From: Fibrobacter succinogenes subsp. succinogenes S85
GTDB taxonomy: Bacteria > Fibrobacterota > Fibrobacteria > Fibrobacterales > Fibrobacteraceae
Length of the DNA stretch: 32,000 bases
Assembly: GCF_000146505.1 (NCBI RefSeq)
Contig: NC_017448.1
Location: 2,760,001-2,792,000 of the forward strand
Direction: 5' to 3'
Under the pieces are notes generated by a model. The model was not told the origin of the DNA and did not search any database. It saw only the letters and a list, made by a program, of their open reading frames with translations. Below, piece by piece: positions 22,701-28,824 of this stretch. Both the position numbers and the translations under genes were made by a program. The stretch's first letter is position 1. Every line of letters starts with the position of its first letter.

Positions 22701-23596
22701 TCGTGGCTATGGCTGCAAAGATTCGTGAACAGCAGCTCAACGGTAAGAAGGAAGAAGAAAAGTTTGCAGAACGCATCGGCATTGTGCAGCAGCTCCCGTC
22801 TTACTATGAACAGGCTCGTCCGATCTTCCAGAAGAACATCGACCTCGCTCGTGACCAGGGCTTCTACAACAAGGACGTGATCGCTGCAGAAATGGGCTAC
22901 ATCGAAATGTACTACCAGGGCTGCGCTGTGTTCGTCGAAGTTGCTGACGCATTCGCTAACTCCCCGCTTCCGGATAGTGCTTTGATCGTGCGTGAATACA
23001 TCGGCCAGGGCATGGTGAAGGATGACGCTATCATGGCTGCCCACGAAGACTTGGAAGCCTACCGCGAAGAATTGAACAGCCGTTCTGATGCCGCTAAGCA
23101 GCTCGCTATTCCGCAGTGCGCAACCGGTATCAAGGCTTCTGCTCACTACGGTATCGATAACGAATGGACGACCAAGCTTTACGAAACCTTGAGAAAGCTT
23201 GATGAAGCTAACGAAGACCTCAACGTGAAGATCGAAAAGTTTGACCCGTCTACGCTGTTCGCTGACCCGACGTACTTCAAGTTGAAGGCTCGTATCGAAC
23301 AGATCGAACAGTCTGACGCTATGACTCTTGAAGAAAAGGTCTCTACATTCCGCAACATCGTCAAGGAAACTAAGGACGATCGTACCAAGCTTGAAGAAGA
23401 ACTCGCCAAGCTCAAGGAATGGACCGCTAACCCGAGCCTGATCCCGGCTTCTGAAAGAGGTGTCGAAGCTGCTTCTGAATCTTCTAGCGATGAAGAAGTT
23501 GTCGAACAGACCTCCAAGAAGGGAAAGAAGGGCAAAAAGGCTAAGTCTGAAGCCAAGAAAGCCAAGAAAAAGGCTAAAAAAGGCAAGAAGAAATAG
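19718..23596 (+). CDS. Very large (1292 aa) secreted TPR-repeat protein with Cys-rich N-terminal region, C-terminal coiled coil and polylysine tail
   Basis: AGGTGGA RBS. Signal peptide ends in TSFA|AS. There are 8 Cys in aa ~25-150. Many TPR-like helix pairs run throughout (AIGAYKKV, AAKQYFDYI, AVQSFKRLMNINPDY, AIEAYEAFLKRY...). The C-terminus is KKGKKGKKAKSEAKKAKKKAKKGKKK. Confidence 0.8.
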   Translation: MKNLLLVSAIVCSMAGTSFAASDPCKDKTTEAKNLYAKCKSIGKGNAGYEQCASSYRVIKNQAEQACRSGGLDEQGMRDAIAQWERQVERCKGKVSNRCASSLQQLGHYQFQLEEKQFLDKNAQYEEDVAWCADRDNKPAKCANIGQFPKPDHQKSLGYFLEYIDKYPKEAKAPTVIYQAAAVQEASGEDDKAYKLRMQLVRDFPDNGLVPKAWLRIAEYHFMNRKFKDAIGAYKKVTGFENLTGKEAALAMYHLAESYYNTAEYEIAAKQYFDYIVGADKGKYPNDLRAEAMDFMAASFSDLEGGGVQEAEAFLRDKKVPFKDSVYYRIGMKNKDHDRNEEAVQSFKRLMNINPDYIDAPLADIAMIEILIVQQKFEDAQAHRYEVVKRYDRNSSWYKKNQKYPESVKNAEKAIRGAMLDIPQYHHAQAAKLTKEGDIEGGKRQYSKAIEAYEAFLKRYAKEPTWDEYKVHINLALVYQEMGQHANAAKMFNWIVETDTTRYGRREMGSGNLLTKDEAGYNAVLMMDQARENARKTKANDDAVQAYNLPETKAYFDQVDKYMAKFGKNKEAAELAYNAAIVHYDAKQFSVAVNVLRKLKKDFPKHQYILLISRMLAQSLLESNQLDESLTEFEWLLKQYKAKETRNDSMAAEIEKAIAYVLFQKAESSVKAGKNEAGAKAYLDLVKRYPNIDIADKAIFEAAAAYEATNQYKKAAETFMLLPKSYAKSPLTVKGILRAASNYKKDKQPVQAAKTFLFITDNFPQDSMAFSAIGFAAQTYDSIPDKKQAAITFELAYKRYPQNEETPSFLYSACLSYDEAKMTNEAIRCSKDLVRDYPKSSYAVDAAFSIPMAYANAKKWDLAIQEYRNFIKMYQEDKEKLIAAYIGIARAYRNVKDMESSVDAYKKTLEAYDKYGLQIKNADAAIPAEAAFYMGEYEYNKMVPVVLKGKEKEKAKIIKSLVEILQKAMGHYSKSAAYASEKWTFRATNKMGMLFVAMAAKIREQQLNGKKEEEKFAERIGIVQQLPSYYEQARPIFQKNIDLARDQGFYNKDVIAAEMGYIEMYYQGCAVFVEVADAFANSPLPDSALIVREYIGQGMVKDDAIMAAHEDLEAYREELNSRSDAAKQLAIPQCATGIKASAHYGIDNEWTTKLYETLRKLDEANEDLNVKIEKFDPSTLFADPTYFKLKARIEQIEQSDAMTLEEKVSTFRNIVKETKDDRTKLEEELAKLKEWTANPSLIPASERGVEAASESSSDEEVVEQTSKKGKKGKKAKSEAKKAKKKAKKGKKK

Positions 23597-23614
23597 CGGT
23601 AAAAACTATTTTAC

Positions 23615-23650
23615 GGGGAATCCTAGTTCATGGGATTCCCCTATTTTATT
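23615..23650 (+). terminator. Rho-independent terminator after the 1292-aa TPR gene
   Basis: A 9-bp stem (GGGGAATCC / GGATTCCCC) with a 9-nt loop and tail TATTTTATT. Confidence 0.6.
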
Positions 23651-23784
23651 GGGCTTGAGGGCGATTGCCTAGCGGTAAAGAAAGTTTTACTACTAAAATC
23701 TCCCACAACGCTCCAAAAAAAAATAAATATGAACGAAGATTATCAAAAACAACAAAAACAATAACTCAATTAAAGGAGTCTCTA

Positions 23785-24423
23785 ATGTCTAAATTGCTTC
23801 AATCCTTCAGCCCTGAATCTGATGGTTACCAGTTCATGTGGATCATCTTGGTCGTGTTCATCATCGGCCTCGGTTTCTCCCTCGAACGTATGACCTACAT
23901 TATGATTAAGAGCTCCAAGGGCCGCGGTAAGTTCATGGCCGATTTCGGTAAGCTCGTCATGCAGAACCAGCTCGAACAGGCTCTCCAGTTTGCTAAGAGC
24001 TCCAAGCTCCCGATTGCTAAGGTTATGGACGCCATCGTTGGTGCCAAGCTCAATTGCAAGGATGCTGACAAGGCTCGCGACATGATGACTGCTGCTTCTG
24101 ACGCAGTGTTCCTCACTGAAGCTCCGCGTCTCACTCGTTACATCTCCATCATCTCCGTTATGGCTTCCATCTCCACGTTGCTCGGACTTATGGGTACGAT
24201 TTACGGTCTGATCTACACATTCGACGCTGTTGCTAACAAGCCGGCTTCTGAACGCGCTAAGGCTCTTGCTGACGGTATTGCTATCGCTATGGGTACGACG
24301 CTCCTCGGACTTCTCTCTGCAGTTCCGCTCCTCGTTATCGTTGGTCTTCTCAACATGAACTCCGAACGCCTCATCCAGGAAATGGAAGAAAAGGGCCTCA
24401 AGATTATCAACTCCCTCGCATAA
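23785..24423 (+). CDS. exbB: MotA/TolQ/ExbB-family proton channel
   Basis: Start at MSKLLQS (AAAGGAG RBS 6 nt upstream) instead of the ORF-track start at 23665. Three TM segments and the MotA_ExbB core (ISTLLGLMGTIYGLIYTF...GIAIAMGTTLLGLLSAVPLLV). Confidence 0.9.
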   Translation: MSKLLQSFSPESDGYQFMWIILVVFIIGLGFSLERMTYIMIKSSKGRGKFMADFGKLVMQNQLEQALQFAKSSKLPIAKVMDAIVGAKLNCKDADKARDMMTAASDAVFLTEAPRLTRYISIISVMASISTLLGLMGTIYGLIYTFDAVANKPASERAKALADGIAIAMGTTLLGLLSAVPLLVIVGLLNMNSERLIQEMEEKGLKIINSLA

Positions 24424-24463
24424 TCAATCAGAGAGTTTAATTTTAACTGGAGTTTAAATAAAC

Positions 24464-25354
24464 ATGGCAAAAAATATCAAGAAACCAGGAAAGGTCGAAG
24501 AACCGGATTTGCTTCCGGCGATGGGCTTGTTCACCATCTTGATTCCTATGCTTTTGACCATGACTGCTTTCTCCAAACTCGCCATTGTCGAAGTGAACCT
24601 GCCTGAACGCAGCCAGATGATCATGGACAATGACGTGCCGCCTCCACCTGATGAGCAGGCATTGAACTTGTCACTCGCTATCGCTAACAACTACCTTGTT
24701 ATCGGTGCACGCGGTGGTTTCCAACCGAACGTCTATTTCAAGGAAATGTGGACGTTCCGTTGCAAGTCTGATGCTCAGCTCGTTACGTATCCGATGGAAG
24801 ACGTGAAGGCTGCTGTTGAAAGTGGACATGGACCGAAGTGCAAAGATGGTTCCGAAATGGACAAAGAGAAGTATCTCTACGAAATCGAAACCATCGAACT
24901 CTGGGCTATTCAGAAGGAATCTGAAGAAGACCCGGGTAAGGTCATCTGGGCCGCATATAAGAACGACGGTAGCTCTGAAGAAGCTCATGCCGACAGTGCT
25001 TATGTAGACGGCGCCAACAACTTCTTGTCCCTTCCGGGTGAAGGCGCAATGGGTATGCAGAAGCCGGCCGCTCTCAAGGCTCCGACTCCGGGCATGGCTG
25101 TTGCAACGCTTCAGCCGAACTCTGCCCGCACTCTCAAGCCGGGTGACAAGACAATGGTTTATCCGCTCTCCGCATACGATCTCATCGCTAAGGACTTGAT
25201 CGCAATCCATACTCAGTTCATCGACTTGGACGACGTTGATAACATCATCATCGTTGCAAACGACGACACTCAGTTCGACAAGATCATCCAGCTCATGGAC
25301 CGTGCTAAGGAAGCTGGTTTCAGCAAGATCAACCTTGCAAAGTTGGGAGGTTAA
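24464..25354 (+). CDS. Atypically long ExbD/TolR-family protein (296 aa) with a ~150-aa periplasmic insertion
   Basis: N-terminal TM (LLPAMGLFTILIPMLLTMTAF) followed by VEVNLPE. The ExbD-like C-terminus is NIIIVANDDTQFDKIIQLMDRAKEAGFSKINLA. The central insertion (~24716-25169) resembles nothing I recognise. Confidence 0.7.
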   Translation: MAKNIKKPGKVEEPDLLPAMGLFTILIPMLLTMTAFSKLAIVEVNLPERSQMIMDNDVPPPPDEQALNLSLAIANNYLVIGARGGFQPNVYFKEMWTFRCKSDAQLVTYPMEDVKAAVESGHGPKCKDGSEMDKEKYLYEIETIELWAIQKESEEDPGKVIWAAYKNDGSSEEAHADSAYVDGANNFLSLPGEGAMGMQKPAALKAPTPGMAVATLQPNSARTLKPGDKTMVYPLSAYDLIAKDLIAIHTQFIDLDDVDNIIIVANDDTQFDKIIQLMDRAKEAGFSKINLAKLGG

Positions 25355-25356
25355 TC

Positions 25357-25851
25357 ATGGCTAGAAAATCTCGTAAGTATAGCGAAGACGTACCTTTCTC
25401 CTTAACGTCCATGATGGACATGATGACCATCATCTTGGTGTTCATGATCAAGAACATGGACGCTGAAGGTCAGCTCTTGACCCAGGCAGAAAACTTGATT
25501 CTTCCGATCTCGACCTCCAAGGTCCAGCCGAAGGAAGTGTCTTTGACTGTCGTGGTCGATGCTAACTACGTTATCGTTGACAATGAAAAGGTCGTGCCGA
25601 CCGCTGACGTTCTCGCTCAGGAAGACCTCCTCGTTACGAAGGTGGACGAAATCCTGAAGGACCGTCGCGCTATCGAACAGGAACACGCTCTCAAGATGGG
25701 CCTTCCTGCAGACGAAGCTGGTCACATCATTGTCCAGATTGACAAGAACATCCCGTATGATGCGATGTATAAGGTCATGGCCACTTGCGGCTTCTCCGGA
25801 TACACGAATATCGCATTCGCCGTGATGGAAAAGAACGGCGGGGAGGAATAA
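25357..25851 (+). CDS. exbD: ExbD/TolR-family protein (canonical size, TM Asp present)
   Basis: The ATG lies 2 nt after the upstream stop, and a GGAGG sits inside the upstream gene end. The TM segment LTSMMDMMTIILVFMI carries the conserved Asp. C-terminus: IIVQIDKNIPYDAMYKVMATCGFSGYTNIAF. Confidence 0.85.
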   Translation: MARKSRKYSEDVPFSLTSMMDMMTIILVFMIKNMDAEGQLLTQAENLILPISTSKVQPKEVSLTVVVDANYVIVDNEKVVPTADVLAQEDLLVTKVDEILKDRRAIEQEHALKMGLPADEAGHIIVQIDKNIPYDAMYKVMATCGFSGYTNIAFAVMEKNGGEE

Positions 25852-25854
25852 TCA

Positions 25855-26781
25855 ATGGCAAAGAAGAACATAGATCCGTTTATTGCGTCGCTCATGCCGG
25901 AATCCGACAAGAAGATGGGCGCAATCGCCGGTGTCTCTCTTGTGATCGCTTTGGCTATGTGTATTTGGGCTTCCATGTACGAACAGGTCGTTGCTGAAGT
26001 CGTCTTCGACAACGCTGATTCCGTGGACCTTACTACTTCCATGCAGATTGAGCAGAAGGAAGAAAAGAAGGAAGAAAAGAAGAAGCCCGAACCGAAGAAG
26101 CCTCGTAAGAAAGCTGGTGGCGGTGGTAAGCCGCGCGGTAAGGGACAGCCGAACGCTCCGCAGACTCGCGGCGTGCTCAAGCTCCTCACTGCTCAGACCA
26201 AGAATGCCTCTGCTGCTGCTTATGACTTGATGAAGAACCAGAAGTTCACCAAGGACATTGATAAGGTGCTCAAGGACGTCGCTGGTCTCCAGACTACGGG
26301 TAAGACCGTTCTCGGTGGCCGTCGCGGTAAGGCTAATGGTGGCTTCAATGAAGGTTACGCAGAAGGTGGTTCCGGTGGTATCGGTGACGGCCTTGCAGGT
26401 CTCCTTGGCGGTGGTGGCGGTGGTATCGCTACTAAGGCTAAGGGTTCCATCAAGACTCCGTCCATGCGTGATATCGACATGGGTGCCGGTGGTGGTTCTC
26501 GTTCCGCTGCAGACATCATGAAGGTTGTCCGCCAGCGTACTCCGGGTCTTCGCCACATCTATAACAAGTGCCTGAAGAAGAAACCGGGATTCCAGGGTAA
26601 GGTTACCTTGAAGTTCACGATCGCTCCGGGTGGCGAAATCATCAGCATCTCTACTGTTTCTTCGACGACTGGTTTCAGCGAATTCGATACCGAAGTCAAG
26701 AATGCAGTTAGCCGCTGGACCTTCAGCAAGGTGAAGTCCGGTAACACGACGGTTACGATTCCGTTCACGTTCTCCGAATAA
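25855..26781 (+). CDS. TonB-like energy-transducer protein with K/E/P-rich and Gly-rich linkers and an AgmX/PglI-like TonB_C domain
   Basis: The ATG lies 3 nt after the exbD stop (GGAGG RBS). One N-terminal TM (AIAGVSLVIALAMCIWASMY). Linkers: KEEKKEEKKKPEPKKPRKK and GGGGGGIATK. C-terminus: IMKVVRQRTPGLRHIYNKCLKKKPGFQGKVTLKFTIAPGGEIISI...VSRWTFSK...VTIPFTFS. Confidence 0.75.
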   Translation: MAKKNIDPFIASLMPESDKKMGAIAGVSLVIALAMCIWASMYEQVVAEVVFDNADSVDLTTSMQIEQKEEKKEEKKKPEPKKPRKKAGGGGKPRGKGQPNAPQTRGVLKLLTAQTKNASAAAYDLMKNQKFTKDIDKVLKDVAGLQTTGKTVLGGRRGKANGGFNEGYAEGGSGGIGDGLAGLLGGGGGGIATKAKGSIKTPSMRDIDMGAGGGSRSAADIMKVVRQRTPGLRHIYNKCLKKKPGFQGKVTLKFTIAPGGEIISISTVSSTTGFSEFDTEVKNAVSRWTFSKVKSGNTTVTIPFTFSE

Positions 26782-26798
26782 TTCACTTCGAAAGCTTG

Positions 26799-26833
26799 AA
26801 AAAAAGACCAGACGAAAGTCTGGCCTTTTTTTT
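26799..26833 (+). terminator. Rho-independent terminator after the TonB-like gene
   Basis: A-run, stem AGACCAGAC / GTCTGGCCT (one mismatch) with loop GAAA, then T8 (26826-26833). Confidence 0.75.
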
Positions 26834-26942
26834 GTCTGGGGGAAAAAAGTCCCAAAAAAATTCGCATATTTATTAAAATATTGTTGCGTTTTTTCTTTTA
26901 TAAAACTAACTTTATAAAAGAATTTTCAATAGGAGTTATTCC

Positions 26943-28247
26943 ATGAACTTAAAAACCGTAGCTGCAGTAGGCACCGCATTTGGTATTCTTGGTGTAGGTT
27001 CTGCATTTGCAACATTTGCCCGTATTGAATCTATGGGTAAGAATACGACTTACATCATGGATGATGTGAGCATCTTCGATAACCCGGCAAATATCAACCT
27101 CTATTCCAACTACTTGATCGGTGAATTCGGCCCATATACGGACCGTGTTGAAGTGGGCGCAAACCGCGATCCTCAGCACCCGAACTTCGGTGGTATCTTC
27201 TCCATTGCTATTGGCGGTGACAACAATCCGGACCCGCGTATTTCTATCGGTGGTCTCTTTGGCCGCATCAATACTGAACTTTTCCAGTACCTTCCGGATG
27301 TCGTGATTGGCGACAATGGTTCTAAGACGAATGTTCCGGAAACGGTGACGAACTTCGACGGTTTCTTGGGTGGTACGCTCACGAACGGCAACGCATGGGG
27401 CTTGCATGTGTACATTGCTGCACAAGACGGCGGTGACAAGGGCGAAGACGGCAATTACCAGGTAAAGAGCGATGCTTTTGCATCTGTCGTTCAGGCCGAT
27501 GGTGGTATGAACTTCCAGTTCACGAACTACTTTGACTTGGAATTCTCTCTTGCCTTGGCCCGTATCCAGTACGGTCCGGAACACCACAGCTTCTTTGATG
27601 ACGGCAACTTCTCCTGGTTGGTCAAGTCCCGCGCATTCTTTACCTTGGATGCCATTAACGGCGAACTCGTTCCGGCTTTGAACCTCAAGTTCATTGATGC
27701 TCCGGGCCTGGATGAAAAGCATGCTCAGGTGGGTATCGGTATCAACGTTGCACTTGACCGTGGCTTCTTCTGGATGGGCGCCGACTTCATCTGGAACAAG
27801 AGAAAGGCTCATGACTGGATCTTTGATGCAATTTCTAAGACTTGGACCTATGACTCCCGTAACGAAGACAATAGACACTGGGATGAACGTACCGATGTCG
27901 GTGGCATGATCAGCTTCGGTATCGAACGTAACATCTGGTGGGATTGGTTCGTTATCCGCGTTGGTGGCCAGAAGTCCATTCTTTATACAAAGTGCGATGT
28001 GAACAACAAGAACGTCGACAAGTATAACGACAAGCAGTATGGCATTTGCAAGGATGATGGCAACTTCTTCAGCACGAACCCGCTCGCTGACGGCACCTCC
28101 AAGGACCATGTCGGTTTCGGTTTCGGTATCAACATTGAAGAAAAGCTGAAGATCGACGTGACTGTTGCTGAAGACCTCCTCTTCCGTAACCCGTTCCAGG
28201 GCGAAGGCAGACTCTTCTCCAGAATCTCTGCAACGTACTCGTTCTAA
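26943..28247 (+). CDS. 434-aa outer-membrane beta-barrel protein (FadL/PorV-like N-terminal DDxSxFxNPA motif)
   Basis: TAGGAG RBS. Signal peptide ends in GSAFA|TF. N-terminal motif MDDVSIFDNPANINLY. Amphipathic strands throughout, with a C-terminal ATYSF (terminal Phe typical of OMPs). Confidence 0.7.
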   Translation: MNLKTVAAVGTAFGILGVGSAFATFARIESMGKNTTYIMDDVSIFDNPANINLYSNYLIGEFGPYTDRVEVGANRDPQHPNFGGIFSIAIGGDNNPDPRISIGGLFGRINTELFQYLPDVVIGDNGSKTNVPETVTNFDGFLGGTLTNGNAWGLHVYIAAQDGGDKGEDGNYQVKSDAFASVVQADGGMNFQFTNYFDLEFSLALARIQYGPEHHSFFDDGNFSWLVKSRAFFTLDAINGELVPALNLKFIDAPGLDEKHAQVGIGINVALDRGFFWMGADFIWNKRKAHDWIFDAISKTWTYDSRNEDNRHWDERTDVGGMISFGIERNIWWDWFVIRVGGQKSILYTKCDVNNKNVDKYNDKQYGICKDDGNFFSTNPLADGTSKDHVGFGFGINIEEKLKIDVTVAEDLLFRNPFQGEGRLFSRISATYSF

Positions 28248-28347
28248 TTAGAACTTAGAGCTTAGATCTTAGAACTTAGAAAAACGTCATTGTGCAGAGC
28301 GCAACAATCTATCTAAGTTCTGCTAACTAAGTTCTGCCGACTAAAAA
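28241..28347. repeat. Palindromic heptamer-repeat element: GTTCTAA + (TTAGAAC TTAGAGC TTAGATC TTAGAAC TTAGAAA) ... inverted block CTAAGTT CTGCTAA CTAAGTT CTGCCGA CTAAAAA
   Basis: Read directly from the sequence. It starts inside the last two codons of the OMP gene. GTTCTAATTAGAAC (28241-28254) is a perfect 14-bp palindrome. AGAACTTAGA (28271-28280) is the reverse complement of TCTAAGTTCT (28312-28321). Confidence 0.85.
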
Positions 28348-28354
28348 AAAAGAA

Positions 28355-28390
28355 AAACTCCCATCAGGGAGCTTTTCTTTTTTTATTTTA
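28355..28390 (+). terminator. Hairpin plus long T-tract terminator downstream of the OMP gene
   Basis: AAAACTCCC-ATCA-GGGAGCTTTT followed by CTTTTTTTTATTTT. Confidence 0.5.
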
Positions 28391-28395
28391 TGGAC

Positions 28396-28758
28396 ATGAA
28401 GAAAATTTTGTCCCTCATATTCCTTGTATTGCTTTCGTCTTGTTCTGAACCGACGGAACGCATTGAAAAGAAACTCCTCACGTACCTGCAGGAAGACCTG
28501 AAGTTCATGGTTGCAGAGACCTTGAATGCGAATGCAACGAAGGCTGACTTGCTTGATGAACCGTATTACAAGATTCGTGATTTTAGGTTGTTCGAAGGGG
28601 CGGAGGCGGAAATCTACGCTGCCTATGCCGAGGTCGATTTTTATATTTATCGCGACCTTGCGATGTTTGAAAAACGCAAGTACCGCTACGAGGTCCATGG
28701 CCGGCACTGGGACCGCTATTCCAAGGTTCTGAAATTCGGTAAGGATAAAAATCCTTAG
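28396..28758 (+). CDS. Small hypothetical lipoprotein (120 aa)
   Basis: MKKILSLIFLVLLSSC has a lipobox. The start at 28396 is preferred over 28390. No SD and no family recognised. Confidence 0.55.
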   Translation: MKKILSLIFLVLLSSCSEPTERIEKKLLTYLQEDLKFMVAETLNANATKADLLDEPYYKIRDFRLFEGAEAEIYAAYAEVDFYIYRDLAMFEKRKYRYEVHGRHWDRYSKVLKFGKDKNP

Positions 28759-28824
28759 GACATGGCCGACGCTTTTTTAGTTATATTTTAGCGCGGGATG
28801 ATTTCTTTTACAGAGGGTTAAATT

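Noticed and set aside
19739-23146. A 1135-aa ORF antisense to the large TPR gene. Similar long antisense ORFs occur at 17287-19209, 15917-17176, 11504-12685, 26949-28109, 28777-30000 and 4434-5540.
   Set aside because: Each mirrors a sense-strand gene with clear domains, signal peptides, RBSs and operon logic. The antisense translations are compositionally odd (V/H/R/F/L-rich), lack motifs and RBSs, and have no sensible starts. They are best explained by sense-strand codon bias that avoids TTA/CTA/TCA codons, which removes stops from the opposite strand.
23785-26781. Reading exbB-exbD-exbD-tonB as an ordinary iron/siderophore TonB energising locus.
   Set aside because: This reading is not excluded, but it is disfavoured. 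No TonB-dependent transporter, Fur-box-like palindrome or siderophore/ABC uptake gene is adjacent. The flanking genes are instead TPR, OmpA_C and barrel proteins. One ExbD is aberrant and the TonB_C domain looks AgmX-like.
26822-26837. A TGGCCTTTTTTTTGTC sigma54-like spacing upstream of the 434-aa barrel gene.
   Set aside because: It is the descending arm and T-tract of the terminator hairpin, and the -12 GC dinucleotide is missing (TTGT).
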